DNA from: Candidatus Enterousia sp.
GTDB lineage: Bacteria; Pseudomonadota; Alphaproteobacteria; Rs-D84
Reading direction: 5' to 3'
Length of the DNA: 58,274 nt
NCBI GenBank assembly: GCA_045645725.1
Contig: JAZRJG010000014.1
Coordinates: 1 to 58,274 of the forward strand
The first letter of the stretch is position 1. Each line of letters starts with the position of its first letter. This document shows, piece after piece, positions 8,800 through 17,840 of this stretch. Both the position numbers and the translations under genes were made by a program. Below the pieces are notes generated by a model, which ran no database searches, was not told where the DNA came from, and saw nothing but the letters and a program-made list of their open reading frames with translations.

Positions 8800-9249
8800 A
8801 TGCGCAAGATAATTTTTTCGCTTTATTTTATGATTGTGTCGGGGATTGCGTCGGCGGCCCAACAGTGTGTTGATTTTGGGGAATTAAGTACAGGATTGTA
8901 TATTGCAAGTAGTGATGTAGTAGATTGGACAGTGTATAATTCGGATGTGACGGTCCAGGGTATTGGTGTGTGTGTGCAGACCATTGGAAATATGGGTGAT
9001 GTTAAAGAAACTCTGAAATATGATGCTATTTTATACTGTGCTTTTTGTGATGATGATGATTTTTATAGGAGTAATAGCAATCAATATTGTTGGTGTCGTA
9101 TGTTCTCGCCGGTGGCGTCCAAATGGGTGGCGTATGGTAGTTTTGGGGATGCAGAAGAATGTTTGGATAATTGTTCTGAAGAGTGCGCGGTTGCATTGAT
9201 ATATTCGACTGCGTTTCGTTCTGCCATGTTGGGCAGTTTTGGTGGTTGA
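8800..9249 (+). CDS. small secreted cysteine-rich protein (149 aa)
   Basis: Start chosen at MRKIIFSLYFMIVSGIASAA (signal peptide) after a GGGGG ribosome-binding site. The mature region has 10 Cys, including YCWC and CLDNCSEEC. Confidence 0.65.
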   Translation: MRKIIFSLYFMIVSGIASAAQQCVDFGELSTGLYIASSDVVDWTVYNSDVTVQGIGVCVQTIGNMGDVKETLKYDAILYCAFCDDDDFYRSNSNQYCWCRMFSPVASKWVAYGSFGDAEECLDNCSEECAVALIYSTAFRSAMLGSFGG

Positions 9250-9251
9250 TA

Positions 9252-9644
9252 ATGCGATGGCTTTGTGCGATTTTGTTGACGGTATATGTGTGTGGTGCCA
9301 AAGCGGCATCGTGTCCGGCGGGATATGTTATGATTGATAATCCGTATGTGACAATATCTGATACTTGTCCGTCGGGTACGATATCGGTTGGGGTGGCGGC
9401 CGCATGTGATGGAAATTCTGTGTGTTGGGTGATGGAAAAACTGCGGTCTTTGTGTGGTGCCGGAATAAGTCGTTTGCGGGTGTCAAGTGGGGTGTCTGTG
9501 CCGTTGTATTCGGATAAAGTGACGACACCGTCGTTGAATATTCGGTATAATGGTAAAATGTGCTATGCCGATTTAGAACAAGGCAGGGCAAGTAATGCCG
9601 TTAATGTAAAACACAATGGTTTGATTTATCATACGGTGGAATAG
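9252..9644 (+). CDS. small secreted cysteine-rich protein (130 aa)
   Basis: The ATG lies 2 nt after the previous stop. Signal-like MRWLCAILLTVYVCGAKAAS. The mature part is Cys-rich (SCPAGY...TCPSG...ACDGNSVCW). Confidence 0.6.
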   Translation: MRWLCAILLTVYVCGAKAASCPAGYVMIDNPYVTISDTCPSGTISVGVAAACDGNSVCWVMEKLRSLCGAGISRLRVSSGVSVPLYSDKVTTPSLNIRYNGKMCYADLEQGRASNAVNVKHNGLIYHTVE

Positions 9645-9654
9645 GGGTATATAA

Positions 9655-9688
9655 CCCCTGAAAAATCAAAAAAGTTCTATCATTATAT
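9655..9688 (+). repeat. copy 1 of a ~35-bp promoter-like element (CCCCTGAAAAATCAAAAAAGTTCTATCATTATAT)
   Basis: Direct repeat of the element at 9875-9911. Confidence 0.7.
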
Positions 9689-9874
9689 TTAGATTTTGAT
9701 GTGTTGTTTTTTTATGATAAACTTAAATTTGAGTTTGGTTTGAAAAAAACAGTTAATTTTATGGATAGATATACGAAGAAAGTATTGTATTTAATTCCTG
9801 TTTTATTTTTGGCGGCTTGTTTTTGTGTTTTGTGATGGTGTGTTTGGGGTTGGGGATTGGGTTTTTCTGAATAT

Positions 9875-9911
9875 CCCCTTGAAAAATGAAAAAAATGTTC
9901 TATCATTATAT
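9875..9911 (+). repeat. copy 2 of the promoter-like element (contains TTGAAA-N16-TATCAT)
   Basis: CCCCTTGAAAAATGAAAAAAATGTTCTATCATTATAT lies 148 nt upstream of hisS. A related ATGTTCTATTATT motif sits on the minus strand at about 28222-28236, before the gene starting at 28193. Confidence 0.6.
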
Positions 9912-10053
9912 ATGAAATGTGTAAAGTAAAATTTATTTTTGTCAAATTGCATCACGCCCCAGCGGGCGAGTATTAGCGTATATTTATTGTATATTAAAAA
10001 AGCGGCACTGACAATGCCAACGGTTTTCATACGAAACAATAGGAAAAAATAAA

Positions 10054-11355
10054 ATGGATTTAAAACCAACGAAACCTTTGTCGGGATTTATAGAATTATT
10101 ACCAACACAACAACGTTGCTTTGATTATTGTGCGGCACGTATGTTGGATGTGTTAAAGAAGTCGGGGTTTAATTTACTGGATTTACCGGCGATTGAACGT
10201 GCCGAAGTTTTGACAGACAAAGATAATTGGGATGAAATTGAAACACAGATGTTCTTGTTTCAAAAAGGTGATACAAAAATGGGATTGCGCTATGACGGGA
10301 CGGTTGGACTGTCGCGTTATGTTGCAGGGCATTTGAATGATTTGGTGTTTCCGTTCCGCGCCAGCCAGTTTTCAAAACGCTATCGCGGTGAACGTGCACA
10401 GCGTGGTCGCTATCGTGAATTTTATCAGATGGATATGGATATAATGGGGATTAATTCACTGTCAACGAATTATGATGCAGAAATTATTTCCGTTATCCAG
10501 CGCACGTTAAATTCTGTGTCCGAATTTATTGGTGACAATGCGGTGTATGTTGGATCACGTCCGTTTTGGGATGCGTTGTTTGATTATTTGGAAATGACAG
10601 ATGCGCAAAAGAAAGATGTGTTTGTCTTGATTGATAAGAAAGACAAAATGGGTGATGATGACTTTGCCGAAGGGTTACGTGATACATTGAATGATGTCGA
10701 TAAAGAAAATCAAATTAAATCGGTCTTTGTTGATGGTTATGCGGGCTTTGTTAATAAATCGGAAAAGTTAGATGCCGCGATTGCGGAATTAAATGAATTC
10801 ATCAAGACATTGGAATTGTTTGGTGTGAAAAATGCGTATATCGATTTGTCGATTGCGCGTGGGTTGGCATACTATACCGGATTAGTTTTTGAATTTAAGT
10901 TATTAAGTCATCCGGAATTGGGTACGGCGGCCGGTGGTGGACGCTATGCGGATTTGGCGGGTAAATTTTCCAAGACCAAAATTATCGGTGTTGGGGCCGC
11001 AATTGGTTTTTCACGTATCTTTGTCGCATTGATGGAAAATGGTGCAATTGATTTAACGCGCTTTGATTCGCCGGTTTCGGTTTCTGTATTGTGTATGGGG
11101 GCGGATAATTTGGCGTATGCGGTATCTGTCTTAAATGCGATGCGCGATGCGGGTGTTACAGCGGTTGCGTATTTAGAAGCAGATAAAAAATTCAAAAATC
11201 AAATTGAATACGCCGATAAGATAAAAGCAAAATTCAGCGTTATCATCGGTGAAGATGAAGCTAAATCGCAAATGGTGGCAATCAAAGATATGCAATCGGG
11301 AAATCAGCAGGTTGTGTCTTTGGCGGATGCGATTGAAATTGTAAAGGCGAAATAA
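10054..11355 (+). CDS. hisS: histidine--tRNA ligase
   Basis: 433 aa. Class II motifs are present: [32 protein letters not shown] (motif 2 region) and GGGRYADL (motif 3). Confidence 0.9.
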   Translation: MDLKPTKPLSGFIELLPTQQRCFDYCAARMLDVLKKSGFNLLDLPAIERAEVLTDKDNWDEIETQMFLFQKGDTKMGLRYDGTVGLSRYVAGHLNDLVFPFRASQFSKRYRGERAQRGRYREFYQMDMDIMGINSLSTNYDAEIISVIQRTLNSVSEFIGDNAVYVGSRPFWDALFDYLEMTDAQKKDVFVLIDKKDKMGDDDFAEGLRDTLNDVDKENQIKSVFVDGYAGFVNKSEKLDAAIAELNEFIKTLELFGVKNAYIDLSIARGLAYYTGLVFEFKLLSHPELGTAAGGGRYADLAGKFSKTKIIGVGAAIGFSRIFVALMENGAIDLTRFDSPVSVSVLCMGADNLAYAVSVLNAMRDAGVTAVAYLEADKKFKNQIEYADKIKAKFSVIIGEDEAKSQMVAIKDMQSGNQQVVSLADAIEIVKAK

Positions 11356-11356
11356 T

Positions 11357-12421
11357 ATGATTATCGAACAGAAATTAAAAGATATTCAAACGCGTGCCGC
11401 AGATATAGAAGCCCAAATGAATTCGGGCGAGGCGACAGGGGATGAATTAACGCGTTTGTCCAAAGAATATTCCAGATTGACGGAAATTTTGCCGCTGATT
11501 AACCAATACTTTCAAACCGTGGCCGGTATTCGTGATGCCCAAGAAATGCAAAGTGATCCAGAATTGCGTGAAATTGCATCCGAGCAATTGATTGAATTAA
11601 ATCACGCTTTGCCAGAAATTGAAAAAAATCTGCAAATTGCATTGTTGCCACGTGATGATGCCGATGATAATGGCGTTATTATGGAAATTCGTGCGGGTGT
11701 TGGTGGTGAAGAATCGGCACTGTTTGCGGGTGATTTGTATAATCAATATAAATCATATGCGTTGCGTCAAGGTTGGCGTGTAGAGGTCATAGAAGAAAAT
11801 GCAACATCGCTGCGTGGATATAAAGAAATTGTATTCAAAATTGATGGGGCGGGTGCATATGGTCGTATGAAATTCGAATCGGGTATTCATCGTGTCCAAC
11901 GTGTACCAGAAACCCAAGCCGGTGGTCGAATTCATACCAGTGCTGCATCTGTTGCTGTTATGCCCGAAGCAAAAGATATTGACGTTGTTATCGAAGATAA
12001 AGATATTCGTATCGATATTTTCCGTGCGTCGGGTGCCGGTGGACAACACGTTAATAAAACAGACAGCGCGATTCGTATTACCCATTTCCCAACCGGTATT
12101 GTTGTGACGTGTCAAAATGAACGTTCACAATTGCAAAATAAAACTGCGGCCATGGCGGTTTTGCGTTCCAAATTGTATGAAAAACAACGTATGGAACAAG
12201 AAAGTGCCAGTAACGCATCACGTAAATCAATGGTGGGTTCGGGTGATCGCAGTGAAAAAATTCGTACTTATAATTTCCCGGAACAACGTGTCACAGATCA
12301 TCGTATTAAATTAACGTTGTATAAATTGGATGATATTTTGGCCGGTGGTGCAGGATTGGATGAAATGATTGATGCGTTAATCGCGGCTGATCAATTAGAG
12401 CAATTGGCAAATATGGAGTAA
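11357..12421 (+). CDS. prfA: peptide chain release factor 1
   Basis: 354 aa. Contains [16 protein letters not shown] (GGQ), a PxT-type tripeptide (PET), [14 protein letters not shown] and [13 protein letters not shown]. Confidence 0.95.
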   Translation: MIIEQKLKDIQTRAADIEAQMNSGEATGDELTRLSKEYSRLTEILPLINQYFQTVAGIRDAQEMQSDPELREIASEQLIELNHALPEIEKNLQIALLPRDDADDNGVIMEIRAGVGGEESALFAGDLYNQYKSYALRQGWRVEVIEENATSLRGYKEIVFKIDGAGAYGRMKFESGIHRVQRVPETQAGGRIHTSAASVAVMPEAKDIDVVIEDKDIRIDIFRASGAGGQHVNKTDSAIRITHFPTGIVVTCQNERSQLQNKTAAMAVLRSKLYEKQRMEQESASNASRKSMVGSGDRSEKIRTYNFPEQRVTDHRIKLTLYKLDDILAGGAGLDEMIDALIAADQLEQLANME

Positions 12422-12425
12422 GCAA

Positions 12426-12719
12426 ATGAAACGTTTGGCAACTTTGCAAACAGTGTATTCTTTGCATAAGCAGGTTTTGGGCGGTAAAATATATCCTCAA
12501 TATACGGACGAGGAGGTTGCATTGCATGCTCAGGCATTGACGATTGAAAATTGTATTGCGGACTATTCACGTTTGGATACGCGTTTGAATGATATTCACA
12601 GATTTATCCGTCATGTTGATACGACCAATGCAGATGTTTATCAACAGATAATTGCTGATACGTGGCGTTGGATTTTGGATATGCGTCCACAGTTGCCGAT
12701 TACGATTAAACAAAAATAA
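12426..12719 (+). CDS. hypothetical protein (97 aa)
   Basis: ORF in operon position after prfA, with G+T-rich coding bias and a terminator after it. No motif recognised. Confidence 0.5.
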   Translation: MKRLATLQTVYSLHKQVLGGKIYPQYTDEEVALHAQALTIENCIADYSRLDTRLNDIHRFIRHVDTTNADVYQQIIADTWRWILDMRPQLPITIKQK

Positions 12720-12752
12720 AAAAAATCCCGCGTTTTGCGGGATTTTTTTTTG
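12719..12752. terminator. bidirectional rho-independent terminator
   Basis: A-run, ATCCCGC-GTTTT-GCGGGAT, then a T9 run, between convergent genes. Confidence 0.8.
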
Positions 12753-12763
12753 GTTGTATGTGT

Positions 12764-13861
12764 TTAGAATACGTATTTAATGTTTATGCCGCCAATCCAA
12801 CCGTTGTGTGCGCCGTCGCGACGACCGATTGTTGCAGACAGGTTCAGGTTTGATACGTTCTTTTCTAATGTAATACCGTATTCGGTATAGTTGCCAATGT
12901 TTAATTCGTTTTGTGCAACTTTGTTTATGACCGTGTTGGTGCCGTTTTCAAAGAACATAACGTGTTGAACGTTTGCGGAACCGTACCAACCGCTGCCAAT
13001 GTGTTTGATTGCGCGCAACATTGGGGTGACTTGGAATATGCCAATTGCGTCGTTGCGAATCGTGTCGCCAGATGCAGATGTGTAATTATCAGAATCTATC
13101 CATGTGTATCCGATTTGCAGGTTTGGTTGGATTGTAAATGTTGAATCCAATGCAATGTCGTATGTTGCGTTTACGGCTGCGCCTGCCCACATGTTTGTGT
13201 ATTCGTCTGTGCCGAATTTTGTGTTAACGGTGTTGTTTAATACGCCGCCGTTTAATGTTGTGTACAGGCCAAACTTGCCGAATTTGTTGCCGTTATAGAT
13301 GCCAAAAAATCCGCCGGTTTCTTCGATTTCAAATTCGCTGTTTGTTTGTGTGGCGTCGATGTATCCTGTGTACAGGCCCCATTTGGACAGACCGCCGATA
13401 AATTCCGATTGTCCGCCCGCCGCGCCAAATGTAAATACGTCTGATTTTGAATCAATGCGGTCGAATTCGTCGAATTTTACATTGTCTTTGGTGTGACGCC
13501 AATTGGTCCACAAACTGTTTAATGTGGCGTCGGTGTTGATGCTGTCGCCGCCACTGCGTCCATATGTGCCGTCGTCATTAAATTCGCCGTATAATGGTGC
13601 GGTGCCGTAAATCGCCGCGCGTCCGTATGTTGCGTTTGGGTCTTCTTTTGGCATAGGTGCGTATTTTTGTGGGCGTTTATGTGTGTTTGTTGACATAAAG
13701 CCGGCAAAAGATTGAAATGCGTTTTGGATGACGGTCTGTTGCATTGTTGCCACATTGTGTGTGGTAACAGTGTTTGTGTATAAATGTGCAGGTGCTGCAA
13801 TTGCCGATGTTGCGAAGCCCGCAATTGCGGCCGTTGTTAACAAAGTGTACAGATTTTTCAT
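12764..13861 (-). CDS. outer-membrane beta-barrel protein (autotransporter-beta/OMP-like)
   Basis: 365 aa. Signal peptide MKNLYTLLTTAAIAGFATSAIAAP. The C-terminal half has alternating aromatic/Gly beta-strand patterning and ends in ...GGINIKYVF (terminal Phe). GAGAGAGGAC ribosome-binding site. Confidence 0.75.
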   Translation of the reverse strand: MKNLYTLLTTAAIAGFATSAIAAPAHLYTNTVTTHNVATMQQTVIQNAFQSFAGFMSTNTHKRPQKYAPMPKEDPNATYGRAAIYGTAPLYGEFNDDGTYGRSGGDSINTDATLNSLWTNWRHTKDNVKFDEFDRIDSKSDVFTFGAAGGQSEFIGGLSKWGLYTGYIDATQTNSEFEIEETGGFFGIYNGNKFGKFGLYTTLNGGVLNNTVNTKFGTDEYTNMWAGAAVNATYDIALDSTFTIQPNLQIGYTWIDSDNYTSASGDTIRNDAIGIFQVTPMLRAIKHIGSGWYGSANVQHVMFFENGTNTVINKVAQNELNIGNYTEYGITLEKNVSNLNLSATIGRRDGAHNGWIGGINIKYVF

Positions 13862-13920
13862 GTCCTCTCTCTTTCTTTATTAATATTGATGTGTTAATTA
13901 TAGCATATTTTCCTGTTATT

Positions 13921-13958
13921 TAAAATAATAAAAAGCCCGATTTTGTCTAAAATCGGGC
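13921..13958 (-). terminator. rho-independent terminator downstream of the SDR gene
   Basis: GCCCGATTTT-GTCT-AAAATCGGGC hairpin with a T-run on the minus strand. Confidence 0.7.
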
Positions 13959-13982
13959 AGGGGGGTGTTTTTGGCTGTTGTT

Positions 13983-14750
13983 TTATCGATACAGGCCGCC
14001 GTCTATGTGTAATACTTGGCCATTTATGTATGTCGCACGACTGGATGCCAAGAAGGCGGCTAAATATGCGATTTCTTCGGGTTTGCCAAATCGGTGCATT
14101 GGAATCATTTGTTTGAATTGATTGGTGCGTTCGGCGGTTAATATTTTTGTGGCGTCTGTATCTACGATGCCGGGGGCAATGCAATTTGCGGTCAAGAATC
14201 CACGACGGCCGTATTCGGCGGCGATTGATTTTGTTGCAGATACCAATGCGCCTTTGGATGCGGCGTATGCAGACATTGATGCGTCGCCTGTTGTGCCGGC
14301 AATAGATGTTATGTTGATAATACGGCCATACTTGTTGCGCCCCATAATCGGCAGTGATAATTTGCACAGGTTGTATGGGACGGTAAAGTTTACGTGCATC
14401 ATGTGTTGCATGTATGTTGGGTCGGTTTTTACGACCATTTTTCCATCCACCATACCGGCGTTATTGATTAATATGTCTATGCGGTCGCCAAATTTTTGGG
14501 TTATTGTATCGATTAGTGTTTGTTCAGCGTGTGTTGCCGTTAAATCTAATGGGATTGTAAATGGTTTTGGTGCCGCTTTGGGATTGGATGCAATTAGTTT
14601 TTCCGACAGTGTGTTTAGTTTGTCGTGGTTGCGCCCGGTCAAGACGACTTGTGCGCCTTGGGTATAAAATTCCATTGCCAAAGCACGGCCAATACCGCCT
14701 GTGGCGCCGGTTATAATTGCGATTCTATCTTTTAATCCATAATCTGTCAT
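13983..14750 (-). CDS. short-chain dehydrogenase/reductase, FabG-like 3-oxoacyl-ACP reductase
   Basis: 255 aa. TGATGGIGRA Rossmann motif, NNAG, catalytic YAASKGAL (YxxxK), PGIVDTD. Confidence 0.85.
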   Translation of the reverse strand: MTDYGLKDRIAIITGATGGIGRALAMEFYTQGAQVVLTGRNHDKLNTLSEKLIASNPKAAPKPFTIPLDLTATHAEQTLIDTITQKFGDRIDILINNAGMVDGKMVVKTDPTYMQHMMHVNFTVPYNLCKLSLPIMGRNKYGRIINITSIAGTTGDASMSAYAASKGALVSATKSIAAEYGRRGFLTANCIAPGIVDTDATKILTAERTNQFKQMIPMHRFGKPEEIAYLAAFLASSRATYINGQVLHIDGGLYR

Positions 14751-14840
14751 TGTACAAAATTCCTTTTTGTGTGTATTTATTATAGTGCGATTTTGGGGTT
14801 TGTCCAGTTTTTTATTGTTTATTAGGTAATTTTTGATAAA

Positions 14841-15413
14841 ATGTCATTTGTTATGAAATATGAAACAGAAGAATTTATTGATAGACCGGTTGTTTTGGTC
14901 GGTTTGATGGGGGCGGGTAAGACCAGTGTAGGGCGTGCTTTGTCGCGTCGTTTGGGTATTCCGTTTGTTGATTCCGATAAAGAAATAGAGGCAGCCGCCG
15001 GATGCAGTGTGGTTGATATCTTTTCTATGTATGGGGAAGAAGAATTTAGACGGGTCGAACAACGTGTTATTGAACGTATTTTGGATACGCCACCTGCATT
15101 GAAAGTTATTTCAACGGGCGAGGGTGCGTTCATAACGCCGGCGGTTCGTGAAATGGTGTTGGACAGGGCTTTGTCCGTTTGGTTGCGGGCGGATTTGGAT
15201 TTGCTGGTTCGGCGTACGGGTGCGCGTGATACGCGACCACAGTTGCTGAATGCGGACAGTCGAAAAATTCTGTCGCAATTGATTTCGGAACGTTATGAAA
15301 CGTATGCGTTGGCGGATATATCTGTGGATACCAAAGATGAGAGTTTGCGTAAAACTTTGTCAAAAGTTTTGCGTGCAATAGAAGAGTATTCAAACAAACA
15401 AGACAAGGAGTAA
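14841..15413 (+). CDS. aroK: shikimate kinase
   Basis: 190 aa. GLMGAGKTSVGRALSRRLGIPFVDSDKEIE (P-loop plus the shikimate kinase signature). Confidence 0.88.
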   Translation: MSFVMKYETEEFIDRPVVLVGLMGAGKTSVGRALSRRLGIPFVDSDKEIEAAAGCSVVDIFSMYGEEEFRRVEQRVIERILDTPPALKVISTGEGAFITPAVREMVLDRALSVWLRADLDLLVRRTGARDTRPQLLNADSRKILSQLISERYETYALADISVDTKDESLRKTLSKVLRAIEEYSNKQDKE

Positions 15414-15416
15414 CAA

Positions 15417-15992
15417 ATGGCAAAAAAGAGTAACATATTAAAAGAATTTAGTACTTTTGTTCAACGTGGAAATGCGATAGATATGGCGGTCGGTATCATT
15501 GTTGGTAGTGTTATGACCAGTGTTGTAAATTCTTTGGTAAAAGATGTTTTGATGCCGCCGATTGGGTTGCTGATTGGTGGTGTTGATTTTTCACAGTTGT
15601 TTGTTGCGTTGGATGGATCGGGGGCGCATTATGAAACGATTGCTGCGGCGCAGGCGGCCGGTGTTACCACGCTGAATTATGGTGTTTTTATGAATTCTGT
15701 GGTCAGTTTCTTTATCACGATGTTTGCAATATTCTTGTTTGTGCGTACGATGAATAAAATGCGCGATAAAAAGCCGGCTAATACACATGCATGTCCATAT
15801 TGTACGTCCAGTATCAGTAATGCGGCGACCAAATGTCCGTTCTGTTGTTCGGATGTAGAGCCGGTAAAGACAGGCGATGTTCAAGAAAGCGACTTGAAAA
15901 AAGGTATCAAAGAAGTGACTAAATTGGCGGCCGGTGTCGCAGATGGCGCTTTGGGTAAAATTAAGAAAATTAAAAAGATTACAAAGCGTTAA
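15417..15992 (+). CDS. mscL: large-conductance mechanosensitive channel with C-terminal zinc-ribbon extension
   Basis: The N-terminal ~120 aa carry MscL hallmarks (FVQRGNAIDMAVGIIVG..., LMPPIG). The extra ~65 aa tail contains CPYC-x12-CPFCC and a Lys-rich end. Confidence 0.85.
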   Translation: MAKKSNILKEFSTFVQRGNAIDMAVGIIVGSVMTSVVNSLVKDVLMPPIGLLIGGVDFSQLFVALDGSGAHYETIAAAQAAGVTTLNYGVFMNSVVSFFITMFAIFLFVRTMNKMRDKKPANTHACPYCTSSISNAATKCPFCCSDVEPVKTGDVQESDLKKGIKEVTKLAAGVADGALGKIKKIKKITKR

Positions 15993-16022
15993 TCTTTGTG
16001 TTTGATAATCATTGTTAACAAG

Positions 16023-16049
16023 GCGAACGCTGAAACGTTCGCTTTTTTT
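16023..16049 (+). terminator. rho-independent terminator after mscL
   Basis: GCGAACG-CTGAAA-CGTTCGC followed by T7. Confidence 0.8.
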
Positions 16050-16342
16050 ATTGGCTTGTGCGGGGCGGATTATGTATAGTTTTGTTTTGCGGGTTGGGGT
16101 GGGTTTGTGTCGACAAGGGCGTTTGTAGGATTTAACTTGTTGCTGGCATTTATTGTGTTGCTGTGGGATTGGTGCGTATGAGAGTGGATTTGTGTCTAAG
16201 GGGGTGTTGCTGTATATGTTGTGTGATTTTTTTGTCGTGGCTAAAAGATGGCTATGGGTGGTGGCTTGTGAAGAAAAGTGGCGGAAAACCGCGGAGTGTA
16301 GCGATGCTTCAAAGGCGCATAATGTATATTATGTATAGTTTG

Positions 16343-16740
16343 CTGTCGTAAACGTATACATAACATAACAAAACAGAGTTCTGATGTTGTTTACTGTCGT
16401 AGACGTATACATAACATAACAGAGTTCTGATGTTATTTTCTGTCGTAAGCGTATGCATAATATAACAAATTTCTGGTGTTATTTTCTGTCGTAAGCGTAT
16501 GCGTAATATAACAGAGTTCTGGCGTTGTTTACTGTCGTAAATGTATACGTAACAAAACAAATTTCTGATGTTGTTTACTGTCGTAAGCGTATGCGTAATA
16601 TAACAGAGTTCTGGCGTTGTTTACTGACGCAAGCGTATGCATAATATAACAAATTTCTGGCGTTGTTTACTGTCGTAAGCGTATGCCATGTCATAACAAG
16701 TTGCTGGTGTTGTTTTTTTGTCGTGAACGTATGTATAAAT
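16343..16740. repeat. tandem array of 8-9 copies of a 46-bp unit (first copy 51 bp, last two degenerate)
   Basis: CTGTCGTAAGCGTATGC(A/G)TAATATAACA(GAG/AAT)TTCTGG(C/T)GTT(G/A)TTT(A/T). Unit starts are at 16343, 16394, 16440, 16486, 16532, 16578, 16624, 16670 and ~16719. The units at 16486 and 16578 are identical. Confidence 0.95.
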
Positions 16741-17122
16741 GTGTGTTGTTTTGTTGCTGTGGATTTGTGTGTTGTGTAAATGTGGCGAGTTGTGGATGGT
16801 ATTTGTGTGCGTGTGTGTGATGTGCTTTTGTGTTGTTTGGTGAAAACAAATGATTAAGTTTTATGTTTTATAATATGGTTTAATGTGTTTTGGTTGAAAA
16901 AATGTAAAAAATGCCCTGCTTTGGCCGTAAAAAAAGCAAAAAATGGCGGATTTCTGCGGTTTTTGGGTGTTTTTGGTGTCGGCGGGGCGTATTTTTAGTG
17001 TTTTTTGATGGGGTGGGTGGGCGTCAATGTACTTGTTTGTTAATTTGGGGCAATGCGCCCTGTCGTATGTTGATGTGTTTGATTAACAAGTGATAATAAT
17101 TGTTTGATTGTGGTTGTAAAAT

Positions 17123-17150
17123 AAAAAAACACGCCAATTGGCGTGTTTTT
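17123..17150 (-). terminator. rho-independent (bidirectional-looking) terminator ending the minus-strand four-gene operon
   Basis: A7-CACGCC-AATT-GGCGTG-T5. Confidence 0.75.
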
Positions 17151-17189
17151 ATCTGTGACGTTGGATTTTTGCAATTTTTTTACGATATT

Positions 17190-17486
17190 TTAGTGCTTCT
17201 TTTTTATGCTGTTTGGCTGTTTTATTTGCATAGTGTCCGCATACAAATAGTAATGCCCCGCCATTGCGCATCTGGTAAAGTGTGCGCTGTCTGGTGTGGG
17301 GCTTTGTTTGGTTAATGCCACCAATGTTGTAACCAATAATACAGATGCGTAACAATAAGCAATTGCGCCGGCGATGTTAGAGTGTCTGGCTTGGCGCATG
17401 ATATTTGATTGCAATGTGTCATATAGTTCGATTTTTGACATTTTGTCGTTATGTCTTTGGTATGGTTTTATCAGTTTATTTGTCAT
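17190..17486 (-). CDS. small hypothetical membrane protein (98 aa from the ATG; the track starts at an upstream TTG at 17498)
   Basis: One strongly hydrophobic segment, NIAGAIAYCYASVLLVTTLVAL. It is the last gene of a co-directional cluster. No motif recognised. Confidence 0.5.
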   Translation of the reverse strand: MTNKLIKPYQRHNDKMSKIELYDTLQSNIMRQARHSNIAGAIAYCYASVLLVTTLVALTKQSPTPDSAHFTRCAMAGHYYLYADTMQIKQPNSIKKKH

Positions 17487-17558
17487 CGTATTGTCCAATG
17501 GATTGAAAATGGGCGCGAACTGTGATGGTTTCCCGCCCTGCTTTTGTCGTTTTTCTTT

Positions 17559-17831
17559 TTAGCGAGAATTCTGTTTGTATTTGTCGCACATTGTTGCGAT
17601 TTGTGTTCCCAGACGTTGTGCCGATTTGAATGTTGGGCATGTGTATGGGAATATTACTTGGTGTGTGCCTTCGTGGTCGATATAGCATTTGATTACTTTG
17701 ATGCCGATTGTTGGATATACCACACCGTAATCATCGCGTATTGCGGATATGCGACATGCATGTGTGCAGCCCGTGCATGTGACGGGTGATAATGTTTCTT
17801 CGGTTTTTTTTAATTTTTCTTGTGTGAACAT
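17559..17831 (-). CDS. hypothetical protein with one copy of a novel Cys-rich ~75 aa domain
   Basis: 90 aa with an AGGAG ribosome-binding site. TCTGCTHACRISAIRDDYGVVYPTIGIKV...YTCPTFKSAQRLGTQIATMCDKYK aligns with both halves of the upstream gene's product. Confidence 0.7.
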   Translation of the reverse strand: MFTQEKLKKTEETLSPVTCTGCTHACRISAIRDDYGVVYPTIGIKVIKCYIDHEGTHQVIFPYTCPTFKSAQRLGTQIATMCDKYKQNSR

Positions 17832-17840
17832 GGGGTGCTC

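Noticed and set aside
11906-11914. The RF1 stop-codon recognition tripeptide reads PET rather than the PAT of E. coli RF1
   Set aside because: The motif is PxT with a variable middle residue. The flanking RF1 signatures and the GGQ loop are intact, so I do not treat this as evidence of altered stop-codon reading.
16343-16740. Possible CRISPR array (regularly spaced ~28-nt conserved cores)
   Set aside because: The 18-nt segments between the cores are not unique spacers. They alternate between two near-identical variants, the period is only 46 bp, and no cas genes or leader were recognised. It is a plain tandem repeat.
16740-16860. DnaA-box-like TGTGGAT strings (near 16757 and 16792), which might mark oriC
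   Set aside because: Only partial matches to TTATCCACA are present. There is no cluster of full boxes, no AT-rich unwinding element and no dnaA, dnaN or hemE context. The G/T-rich sequence produces such strings by chance.
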